From the IMG/VR virus record IMGVR_UViG_3300042691_022450: DNA of 64,000 bases. One strand, 5' to 3'. The notes below the pieces were generated by a model. It was not told the origin of the DNA. It was given only the letters and a program-made list of their open reading frames with translations, and did no database searches. Within the stretch, counting starts at the first letter, position 1. Every line of letters begins with the position of its first letter. Shown here one piece after another: positions 1-6,732 of the stretch. The position numbers and the translations under genes were made by a program. Source of the stretch: a virus.

Positions 1-186
1 GTATCTGATGAGGAAGGAACAACTTATACTGATACGACTATGTGTGTTCCCGTGTGGTTATGCAACTGGAACCAAGGATACTTTGGTTTTGTGCCCGAAG
101 AAATTTACATTAAAGTTAGGCCAATTAACAAAGGACTTGAATCATTTGTGAAAGCAACTGGTATGAGGGGGTTTTTGAATAAATAA
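1..186 (+). CDS. 3' end of hypothetical protein (partial)
   Basis: Open frame 1 from the window edge: ...PVWLCNWNQGYFGFVPEEIYIKV...NK*. Confidence 0.7.
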   Translation, partial: VSDEEGTTYTDTTMCVPVWLCNWNQGYFGFVPEEIYIKVRPINKGLESFVKATGMRGFLNK

Positions 187-203
187 AAGAAAAAAGTAGT
201 CAG

Positions 204-362
204 ATGAAACCAACACCAAGAGAATTGCAGGAAACCTATAAGATTCATTCACAACTTATAGAGCATCTCATCTCGGAGGGTTATGCAGATGACAATGAAT
301 CTGCAAATAAAATCATTGAGGGTATGAGTGAGACTTGGTTCACTACAATTATTAAGGACTGA
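204..362 (+). CDS. Small protein consisting of the 'L..EGYA...A..I...MSE.W' motif
   Basis: Manual translation MKPTPRELQETYKIHSQLIEHLISEGYADDNESANKIIEGMSETWFTTIIKD; same motif as the C-terminus of 2727..3341. Confidence 0.75.
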   Translation: MKPTPRELQETYKIHSQLIEHLISEGYADDNESANKIIEGMSETWFTTIIKD

Positions 363-439
363 CACTTTCCGAACCGTCCACTCCCCTTGCCACGCAGCAG
401 CATCCGTGGTATGATTACTAGGTAATCAAGGGAAAACCG

Positions 440-658
440 ATGGAAGTTCTTGAGTTCACTGATTCTTCTGCTATCGCAAAGATTCAGTTTGATTATGCTG
501 AAAATCAGGTAGGTATTGCTTATACTTACAAACCAGAGCAAGTTTATGTCTTCAAGTGCAATGACTTGACTTTGGTGAAAGAACAGGTTAAAGTTGCTGA
601 TAGTGTTGGGAAACTTATTTCTCAATTTCGTAAAGATGGGACTTTGATTTCTGTTTGA
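440..658 (+). CDS. KTSC-like small protein
   Basis: SSAIAKIQFD...VYVF...SVGKLI pattern resembles the KTSC domain. Confidence 0.55.
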   Translation: MEVLEFTDSSAIAKIQFDYAENQVGIAYTYKPEQVYVFKCNDLTLVKEQVKVADSVGKLISQFRKDGTLISV

Positions 659-692
659 TTATCCTGCTATTCGTTATTTGCGAATAGCAAAT

Positions 693-765
693 GCTGGTTT
701 AGCAATCTGGCGAATGCAATCGACTCATAATCGATGGGAGGCGAGTTCGATCCTCGCAACCAGCA
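693..765 (+). tRNA. tRNA-Met/Ile2 (CAU)
   Basis: Cloverleaf; anticodon arm ATCGA-CTCATAA-TCGAT; TTCGA T-loop. Confidence 0.9.
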
Positions 766-766
766 C

Positions 767-795
767 TTGACAATCTAAGCACACTCTGCTATGAT
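767..795 (+). promoter_or_regulatory. Sigma70-type promoter
   Basis: TTGACA-17 bp-TATGAT just upstream of tRNA-Ile. Confidence 0.7.
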
Positions 796-805
796 TGTCT
801 TATAA

Positions 806-880
806 GGGACTGTTGCTTATTGGTTAAAGCCCACTGCTTATAACGGTGTGAACAGAGTTCAATTCTCTGCAGTCCTACCA
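806..880 (+). tRNA. tRNA-Ile (UAU)
   Basis: CACTG-CTTATAA-CGGTG anticodon arm; encoded CCA. Confidence 0.9.
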
Positions 881-881
881 A

Positions 882-1224
882 GCGAGTATGGTGGAATCGG
901 TAGACACACCAGACTTATGAAAATTGAGCCTCATTTGGGAAACCTTATGAGTGTAATTCCTCAAATTCGGTGAAACCTGTAAAATGGCAATACCGAGCGA
1001 AGTTGCAAGACAGTTGGAAAGACAACGGCTACCCAATGTGCTTCTAGAGAGGGTTGGAATTATCTAGAAAATGCAAAACGTGTAGAGACTAGACGGGGAA
1101 CACCTAAACTGAAAGGTATGGTGAAGGTATAGTCCAGACCACAAACCGAAAGGGTAGTGAAAACTATAGTGGTAAGAAAATCTGTTGGGCATTGCCCGTG
1201 GGAGTTCAAGTCTCCCTACTCGCA
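882..1224 (+). tRNA. trnL: tRNA-Leu (UAA), split by group I intron (exons 882-916 and 1177-1224)
   Basis: Joining ...CAGACTT to AAAATCTG... restores the CTTAAAA loop; long variable arm; acceptor GCGAGTA/TACTCGC. Confidence 0.9.
917..1176 (+). ncRNA. Group I self-splicing intron (cyanobacterial/plastid trnL type, IC3-like)
   Basis: Core motifs AATTGAGCC, AAATTCGGTGAAACC (P), GGCAATACCGAGC (Q), GTAGAGACTAGACGG (R), AAGGTATAGTCC (S); 5' exon ends in U and intron ends in G. Confidence 0.9.
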
Positions 1225-1268
1225 CTTGCCCGAAAGGGCAAACACACATTATTTCAGTTATTAGTATT

Positions 1269-1853
1269 ATGATTGAACAGTTTATTTCCGATTTGAAAAC
1301 TATTCCCTCTGAGGAATATAAAAAATTCTTCATTCAAGCAAATAAAGTTGCTGCGATGTATCCCCTAAATGAAGGGATTGATTGTTTTGCTAGGGGTGAA
1401 TCAATTGAATTTGGATTCATTGAAACCTTCTCAAAATATATTGATATTAAAGCATCAGAAAAGAAAGAAAAAAATGACCCAGATGGTCTTTATCGCACAA
1501 AACATCTTTGGGATGCAAAAACGAAAAAATTTGGTTTGGAACCCCAAGAAAAGAAATCTTGGTTGATCAAATCAAAAACTTGGGATTTCAAAAAAACTCA
1601 GTCGGGAGTTTCTGAGTTCAAAACTAGGTCCGAATGGTTTGTTTTGATTGATCCTTGGACTCACCGACTTGCCGTTCTTGACGCAAAACTTCTGTTTTCT
1701 AAAAACTTTACTGAAGGTAAATCGAGAATTACTTTCTCAGTTTCTCAGGAAGATATTACAATGATTTATGATGGCATAAATGATGTAGAAGAAGTTAATG
1801 TTGTACCTGAGAGCAAAACTCTGCTAAAATACATTTGGGAACAAGCACAATAG
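1269..1853 (+). CDS. Putative PD-(D/E)xK nuclease (candidate restriction endonuclease)
   Basis: PDGLYRTKHLWDAK motif; 5 bp upstream of the MTase; start moved to ATG 1269 because the longer ORF overlaps the tRNA. Confidence 0.5.
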   Translation: MIEQFISDLKTIPSEEYKKFFIQANKVAAMYPLNEGIDCFARGESIEFGFIETFSKYIDIKASEKKEKNDPDGLYRTKHLWDAKTKKFGLEPQEKKSWLIKSKTWDFKKTQSGVSEFKTRSEWFVLIDPWTHRLAVLDAKLLFSKNFTEGKSRITFSVSQEDITMIYDGINDVEEVNVVPESKTLLKYIWEQAQ

Positions 1854-1858
1854 ACTAA

Positions 1859-2698
1859 ATGAAACAATTTCCATTAAAGACAATGCTCCGTTATCCTGGA
1901 GGAAAGAGTAAAGCACTTAAAACTCTTGCTCCTTGGTTTCCTAGTGATTTCAAGGAGTTTAGGGAACCATTCTTGGGTGGTGGAAGCATTTCTTTAATGG
2001 TTTCACAGAACTATCCAAAAGTTCCTATTTGGGTAAATGATAAGTATTTTTATCTTTATAACTTTTGGATTCAACTCCGTGATAATGGACAAGTTCTTAA
2101 AGACAAATTAAGAGCAATCAAAGAAGAAGTGAATGGAGATGATGAAGCACATAAAGACTTGTTCAATCAGTATCAGAGTGACATTGAAACTCTTGAACCA
2201 TTAGAACAAGCAGTTGCTTTCTTTATTCTGAATAAGTGTTCTTATTCTGGTTTGACTGAGAATTCTACTTTCTCAGTTCAAGCATCACGTTCCAACTTCT
2301 CTTTGGTTGGAATTGATAAACTTCCAAAGTATTCTTATATTATCAAGAACTGGAAGATTACTAATATTGATTATGCCGAGGTAATGAATGACCGTGGTGA
2401 GGAAGTATTTGTATTTCTTGACCCACCTTATGATATCAAGGATTTCCTTTATGGAACTGGAAGGAAACTTCATTCATCATTCTCACACGAAAGATTTGCT
2501 GATGATGTAGATAAGTGCCCTCATCGTTTTATGATTACATATAATCTAAATGATTGGTTGCTGAATCGTTATAAAGAGTACAATTTGAATGAATGGAAAC
2601 TCCGATATTCAATGGTTCATCGTGGGGAAAAAGGAACTCAGGACAACGTTAAAACAGAATTGTTAGTTACAAACTATGTTCTGGATTCAGTTTTATAA
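1859..2698 (+). CDS. dam: Dam-family DNA adenine methyltransferase
   Basis: RYPGGKS, EPFLGGGS (motif I), FLDPPY (motif IV). Confidence 0.93.
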   Translation: MKQFPLKTMLRYPGGKSKALKTLAPWFPSDFKEFREPFLGGGSISLMVSQNYPKVPIWVNDKYFYLYNFWIQLRDNGQVLKDKLRAIKEEVNGDDEAHKDLFNQYQSDIETLEPLEQAVAFFILNKCSYSGLTENSTFSVQASRSNFSLVGIDKLPKYSYIIKNWKITNIDYAEVMNDRGEEVFVFLDPPYDIKDFLYGTGRKLHSSFSHERFADDVDKCPHRFMITYNLNDWLLNRYKEYNLNEWKLRYSMVHRGEKGTQDNVKTELLVTNYVLDSVL

Positions 2699-2726
2699 AT
2701 AAATTATATAAAACTATAAAAAACCA

Positions 2727-3341
2727 ATGAACTATAAGGACCTTCAGAACATTTCTTATCTTTCGCATCAAATTCTTACAGAAGCTTCTTCTGAGGAGCA
2801 CAATGTAATGAATCGTTGGCCTTATGCTTCTCCTTATCTTCAAGAGGAAAGAGCACCTGGTGTAAAACCTTACAAACCTGGTGTACCACCTATGTCTTAT
2901 TCTAAAGCAAAACCACCTTCAGGTGAAAAGGGAGATGGAAGTGGATATGGTGCTGACAAGAAATTTACTCAAGATACTGACGCAAAGTCATTTAGACCTG
3001 GTGTAGATGTTCCAAAAGTAAAGAAATTTGGTAGAATTTCAAGAATCATTCCTCACGGTATTGGTGATCACGCAAATAGAACTCAGTCAAGAGTTTCTAC
3101 AATCGTTGGAAAGGACCCTGGAGCACCAAAATCGGAAAAAATGCCACAGGAAAAGAAAAAGCCAAGTCGTGAAATTATCCGTAAAGGTAAGCAAGAAGAA
3201 AGTTTTGACCTTTATGACTTAGTTCTCGCACATCTCCTTGATGAAGGTTATGCTGATACTCAAGAACAAGCAGAAGCAATTATGGTGAATATGAGTGAAG
3301 GATGGGTTGATGCCATCGTTGATTCTTATATTCAAGGATGA
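2727..3341 (+). CDS. Hypothetical late protein with C-terminal EGYA...MSE.W motif
   Basis: Preceded by TATAAATA; K/P-rich middle; LLDEGYADTQEQAEAIMVNMSEGW. Confidence 0.75.
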   Translation: MNYKDLQNISYLSHQILTEASSEEHNVMNRWPYASPYLQEERAPGVKPYKPGVPPMSYSKAKPPSGEKGDGSGYGADKKFTQDTDAKSFRPGVDVPKVKKFGRISRIIPHGIGDHANRTQSRVSTIVGKDPGAPKSEKMPQEKKKPSREIIRKGKQEESFDLYDLVLAHLLDEGYADTQEQAEAIMVNMSEGWVDAIVDSYIQG

Positions 3342-3414
3342 TAATTTGACAATTTTAAACTAATAGTTTAAAATTACATATATAAATAATAATTATTTTA
3401 TTTTTATAACAATT

Positions 3415-3612
3415 ATGTCTGATACTGTAAATCAAATTGCTTCTGTTTTTGAAACTTGGAAACAAGAAGATGAGAAGTTTGAAACTGGAAATAGTTCTGC
3501 TGGAACTAGAGCAAGGAAAGCTCTGCAAGAAATTGCAAAACTTGCAAAGACTCGTAGAGCAGAAATCTCCGAAGTAAAGAATGCTAAAAAAGCAGAAAAA
3601 GTTGCTTCTTGA
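3415..3612 (+). CDS. Histone H1-like (Hc1 family) small basic protein
   Basis: EKFETGNSSAGTRARKALQEIAKLAK motif. Confidence 0.7.
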   Translation: MSDTVNQIASVFETWKQEDEKFETGNSSAGTRARKALQEIAKLAKTRRAEISEVKNAKKAEKVAS

Positions 3613-3641
3613 CCTTATAAATAAAACAACGACTTAAAACA

Positions 3642-3740
3642 ATGACTAACCTTCATACACAACCTAAGAGTGATTATCCGATGAACTGCTGGTTTATTGG
3701 AGAGACCCTCTTGGTTGCGAATATGGTAAGTCAAAGTTAA
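3642..3740 (+). CDS. Putative attenuator leader peptide (32 aa, 19 different amino acids)
   Basis: MTNLHTQPKSDYPMNCWFIGETLLVANMVSQS*; TATAAATA promoter at 3616; overlapping alternative helices. Confidence 0.65.
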   Translation: MTNLHTQPKSDYPMNCWFIGETLLVANMVSQS

Positions 3741-3763
3741 AAGAACAAACCATAAAAGCAATG

Positions 3764-3798
3764 AAGAGGGAGAATCCAAAAGATTCTCCCTCTTTTTT
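3764..3798 (+). terminator. Intrinsic terminator (3:4 helix of putative attenuator)
   Basis: AAGAGGGAGAATC-caaaa-GATTCTCCCTCTT followed by a T run. Confidence 0.85.
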
Positions 3799-4015
3799 AT
3801 GCCTTGTGCCAGTTGAGCAACTGGTCGTATGATTTGCCACCAGGGTCCAAACTCTGGTATATTACTTGAGTCGGTGGGGGAACGAGACCCCAAATGCCTG
3901 GGACCACTTCTGGAACTGGCACAACCCACTTGCCCCGCAACGGGTTCTGTGGTATTCTTAAAGGGTGGTTGAGAGACCACCAGCACCTTGACAACTGAAT
4001 AATTACCACATTATT

Positions 4016-4087
4016 GGGACATTAACTCAGCGGAAGAGTATCCGGCTTTTAACCGGTTAGTCCTCGGTTCGAATCCGAGATGTCCCA
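4016..4087 (+). tRNA. tRNA-Lys (UUU)
   Basis: CCGG-CTTTTAA-CCGG; cloverleaf. Confidence 0.92.
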
Positions 4088-4091
4088 TCGT

Positions 4092-4182
4092 GGGAGAGTG
4101 GCTACTGTTGGCAATATGTGTAGCGGAAGTCTGTAAAACTTTTACATCGGAACCATCGGGGGTTCAATTCCCTCCTCTCTCA
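4092..4182 (+). tRNA. tRNA-Tyr (GUA), enlarged D loop
   Basis: GAAGT-CTGTAAA-ACTTT; long variable region. Confidence 0.85.
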
Positions 4183-4186
4183 CCTT

Positions 4187-4258
4187 GGCCCTATAGTGAA
4201 GTGGTTATCACGCATCTCTGTCCAAGATGTATCACGAGTTCAAATCTCGTTAGGGTCG
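4187..4258 (+). tRNA. tRNA-Asp (GUC)
   Basis: CATCT-CTGTCCA-AGATG. Confidence 0.9.
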
Positions 4259-4261
4259 CCT

Positions 4262-4333
4262 GGTCTCGTCGTCTAATGGTTAGGACGTTGCTCTTTCACA
4301 GCAAAAACGAGGGTTCAAATCCCTTCGAGACTA
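4262..4333 (+). tRNA. tRNA-Glu (UUC)
   Basis: TTGCT-CTTTCAC-AGCAA. Confidence 0.92.
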
Positions 4334-4337
4334 CCTT

Positions 4338-4411
4338 GGGAACATAGCTCCAATTGGTAGAGCACAGGATTGAAGATCTTGGTGTTGTCGGTTCAAATCC
4401 GACTGTTCCCG
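4338..4411 (+). tRNA. tRNA-Phe (GAA)
   Basis: CAGGA-TTGAAGA-TCTTG. Confidence 0.92.
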
Positions 4412-4414
4412 CTT

Positions 4415-4569
4415 GCCCTTGCCGTTGGGACGGTGAAATAGGGTTCAATTTGACAAAGTAGTTTTAGATAGGTGTGCTGAACCCACACTGATAAGATTCC
4501 CCTCGTAAGGGTACTTCTTGTACGAAACCTCAAGTCTATTGAGAGTGGGATCATTCCCCACCAAGGGCA
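4415..4569 (+). ncRNA. Unknown ~155-nt RNA with tRNA-like acceptor stem and T arm
   Basis: GCCCTTG/CAAGGGC-A closing stem, GTGGG-ATCATTC-CCCAC T-like arm, several internal hairpins; occupies one slot of the tRNA array. Confidence 0.65.
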
Positions 4570-4574
4570 CATAA

Positions 4575-4646
4575 TGGAATATAACTCAGTGGTAGAGTGC
4601 TGTGCTGATAACGCAGAAGTCGTGAGTTCAAATCTCACTATTCCAA
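4575..4646 (+). tRNA. tRNA-Ile (GAU)
   Basis: CTGTG-CTGATAA-CGCAG. Confidence 0.92.
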
Positions 4647-4697
4647 TTGTTGCCTTCGGGCAACATAAAACCCTTATGGGTTGCTTCAAGACAACAT

Positions 4698-4785
4698 AGA
4701 AAGGTGACCGAGAGGCTTAAGGTAGAAGTTTGCTAAACTTCCGAGGGAGAATATCCCTCCGAGGGTTCGAATCCCTCCCTTTCTG
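4698..4785 (+). tRNA. tRNA-Ser (GCU)
   Basis: GAAGT-TTGCTAA-ACTTC; long variable arm. Confidence 0.92.
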
Positions 4786-4787
4786 CT

Positions 4788-4859
4788 GGCAGTATAGCTG
4801 AGTGGTAAAGCACATCATTCATACCGATGCGACCGTGGGTTCAATTCCCACTACTGCCT
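4788..4859 (+). tRNA. tRNA-Met/Ile2 (CAU)
   Basis: CATCA-TTCATAC-CGATG. Confidence 0.85.
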
Positions 4860-4860
4860 T

Positions 4861-4932
4861 GTGTCATTATCCTAGTGGTTAAGGAACCAGTTTGTGAAAC
4901 TGGGTAGATGAGTTCAAATCTCATATGGCACC
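4861..4932 (+). tRNA. tRNA-His (GUG)
   Basis: CCAGT-TTGTGAA-ACTGG; C discriminator. Confidence 0.9.
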
Positions 4933-4934
4933 CC

Positions 4935-5006
4935 GCCCTTATAGCTCAGTGGTAGAGCAACTCACTAGTAATGAGTAGGTCGTTGGTTCAAATCCGACTG
5001 AGGGCT
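4935..5006 (+). tRNA. tRNA-Thr (AGU)
   Basis: ACTCA-CTAGTAA-TGAGT; GCC acceptor start typical of Thr. Confidence 0.9.
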
Positions 5007-5039
5007 CTTAACTATCTGGAATTTCCAGATAGTTCAAAT

Positions 5040-5110
5040 GTGTCTGTCGCCAAGTGGTAAGGCAGGAGTCTGCAAAACTCTTATCGTCAGTTCGATTCTG
5101 ACCAGACACT
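5040..5110 (+). tRNA. tRNA-Cys (GCA)
   Basis: GGAGT-CTGCAAA-ACTCT; U discriminator. Confidence 0.92.
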
Positions 5111-5115
5111 CCTAC

Positions 5116-5187
5116 TCCAGAATCGACTAACAGGCAGGTCAACACACTTTGAATGTGTTTGTCTAGGTTCGAATCCTAGTTCTGGAA
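5116..5187 (+). tRNA. tRNA-Gln (UUG)
   Basis: ACACA-CTTTGAA-TGTGT. Confidence 0.9.
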
Positions 5188-5190
5188 CTT

Positions 5191-5263
5191 GTCCGTGTAG
5201 CCCAACGGAAGAGGCACTATCTTGAGGGGGTAGGTGTTGGAGGTTCAAATCCTCTCACGGACA
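5191..5263 (+). tRNA. tRNA-Leu (GAG), short variable arm
   Basis: CTATC-TTGAGGG-GGTAG; 5-nt variable loop. Confidence 0.85.
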
Positions 5264-5266
5264 TAT

Positions 5267-5344
5267 GCTGGTGTAGCCCAATCGGCAGGAGGCAGCAGAT
5301 TCAAAATCTGAACAGTGTGGGTTCAAATCCCTCCACCAGTACCA
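5267..5344 (+). tRNA. tRNA-Leu (CAA), short variable arm
   Basis: CAGA-TTCAAAA-TCTG; encoded CCA. Confidence 0.88.
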
Positions 5345-5345
5345 T

Positions 5346-5418
5346 ATCAGAGTAGCTCAATTGGTAGAGCAGTGGTCTCCAAAACTAAAGGTTGCGGGTT
5401 CAAGTCCTGTCTCTGATG
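5346..5418 (+). tRNA. tRNA-Trp (CCA)
   Basis: TGGT-CTCCAAA-ACTA; G discriminator. Confidence 0.9.
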
Positions 5419-5422
5419 CCTT

Positions 5423-5456
5423 GTCCTCTTAACTCAGTGGAATAGAGTAAAGGACG
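5423..5456 (+). pseudogene. Internally deleted tRNA remnant (probably Arg)
   Basis: GTCCTCT-TA-ACTC-AGTGGAATA-GAGT joined directly to AAAGGAC-G; anticodon and T arms absent. Confidence 0.6.
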
Positions 5457-5457
5457 C

Positions 5458-5486
5458 TTGACATTCAATTGAATGTCATATATACT
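5458..5486 (+). promoter_or_regulatory. Sigma70 promoter with 20-bp perfect palindrome over the -35
   Basis: TTGACA-17-TATACT; TGACATTCAA|TTGAATGTCA. Confidence 0.75.
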
Positions 5487-5572
5487 ATTGATAGAGGTTA
5501 AGTCCCTGTTATATCCTTATGAGATATATCACACTTAATCCATCAAACACACAAACACACAGGAGTAAAAGA

Positions 5573-5776
5573 ATGTCACCTTACGAACTACGATTTGAGA
5601 TTTTTAAGCAAGCATATGCATTTGCTAACGATAAGTTTAGCATTGAGTATGATACTGCCCGTTGTTGGAATGAAAATTCTATGAATACGGTTAAGATGGA
5701 TTATCCAGATTTTCCTACATATGAGTATATTGAGCAACTTGCAGAGAAAATCAATAACTTTGTAAGTTCTAAATGA
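5573..5776 (+). CDS. Conserved T4-like phage hypothetical protein
   Basis: AGGAG RBS; MSPYELRFEIFKQA...FPT...AEKINNFVS. Confidence 0.8.
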   Translation: MSPYELRFEIFKQAYAFANDKFSIEYDTARCWNENSMNTVKMDYPDFPTYEYIEQLAEKINNFVSSK

Positions 5777-5815
5777 TAAAATAGGGTGATAACACCCTTT
5801 AAAGATAGATTATAA

Positions 5816-5902
5816 GGAAGGTCAATCCGATTGGTGACGGAACCGCTCTTGAAAAGCGTTGAGGTGTTAAAGCCCTTGGGAGTTCGACTCTCCCACCTTC
5901 CG
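5816..5902 (+). tRNA. tRNA-Ser (UGA)
   Basis: CGCT-CTTGAAA-AGCG; long variable arm. Confidence 0.92.
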
Positions 5903-5923
5903 TTGCTTCTTATGAAGCATAAT

Positions 5924-5995
5924 GCCCTTGTAGCTCAGTGGTAGAGCAATGGTTTTGTAAACCATTGGTCGCAAGTTCAAATCTTGTCGGGGGCT
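5924..5995 (+). tRNA. tRNA-Thr (UGU)
   Basis: ATGGT-TTTGTAA-ACCAT. Confidence 0.92.
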
Positions 5996-6031
5996 TGACA
6001 GAATTTCGATTCTGTCTTACAATCAAATAAT

Positions 6032-6106
6032 GCGAAATTAATTCAGCGGTAGAATGTCTGCCTTCCAAGCAGAACGTCAGGAGTTCGAATCTCCTATTTC
6101 GCTCCA
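6032..6106 (+). tRNA. tRNA-Gly (UCC)
   Basis: TCTGC-CTTCCAA-GCAGA; CCA end. Confidence 0.93.
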
Positions 6107-6181
6107 GGGTGATTAACTCAGTGGTAGAGTTTCTCGTTTACACCGAGACAGTCGGGGGTTCGAATCCCTCATCACCCACCA
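6107..6181 (+). tRNA. tRNA-Val (UAC)
   Basis: TCTCG-TTTACAC-CGAGA; CCA end. Confidence 0.93.
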
Positions 6182-6255
6182 CGGGATGTAGCTCAACTTG
6201 GTAGAGTGCTTGATTTGGGTTCAAGATGTTGCAGGTTCAAATCCTGTCATCCCGA
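6182..6255 (+). tRNA. tRNA-Pro (UGG)
   Basis: CTTGA-TTTGGGT-TCAAG; C1-G72. Confidence 0.92.
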
Positions 6256-6295
6256 CTTGGAGAATCTAAATACCTCCAAACACTACAAAATCATT

Positions 6296-6451
6296 ATGTC
6301 ACTGATTTCACAAAAAGACAGAACGATTGCCATTGAGGCACTAGACTTTTATCTATTCAATAAGAAATTTGATCTTACTGAAGAAAAAAGAATGGAACTT
6401 AATGCACTTCTGAATTGGATTAAAATCGAATACAATAAACATGAAAATTAA
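6296..6451 (+). CDS. Small hypothetical protein
   Basis: MSLISQKDRTIAIEAL...; after TAAATA; overlaps next start. Confidence 0.7.
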   Translation: MSLISQKDRTIAIEALDFYLFNKKFDLTEEKRMELNALLNWIKIEYNKHEN

Positions 6452-6602
6452 TCTTTGGCACTGTAAAGAAATGAATCAATGGAGATGGACTTTATGTGAA
6501 GATTCTCGTCCAATTGTTAAACAAGAATCAGGTCAAAGAGAAAATTTACGAGATGCTATGAATGACGTAGTAAATACAGTTGAGTATTTAATGAATACTT
6601 GA
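6441..6602 (+). CDS. Small hypothetical protein
   Basis: MKINLWHCKEMNQWRWTL...ESGQ...LRDAMNDV (manual translation). Confidence 0.7.
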   Translation: MKINLWHCKEMNQWRWTLCEDSRPIVKQESGQRENLRDAMNDVVNTVEYLMNT

Positions 6603-6611
6603 CATTCTTAT

Positions 6612-6684
6612 TCCAGATGACCGAGCAAGCGAACGGGCCCGACTGTTAATCGGAGATTGGTAGGGGCAGTACCTACATCTGGAG
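6612..6684 (+). tRNA. tRNA-Asn (GUU), atypical T loop
   Basis: CCGA-CTGTTAA-TCGG; T loop GGCAGTA. Confidence 0.82.
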
Positions 6685-6732
6685 TTTCTAACCTCTAAAA
6701 TATTATAAATAATAATAAAGTTGGAGGTTAGA

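Noticed and set aside
4488-4550. Hammerhead-like words CTGATAAG...CGAAAC inside the 155-nt RNA
   Set aside because: Core has A where CUGAnGA needs G8, and no UH cleavage triplet fits between stems III and I
4415-4569. Selenocysteine tRNA (TTCA near 4444)
   Set aside because: TTCA lies in a paired strand, not a 7-nt loop, and arm lengths do not fit tRNA-Sec
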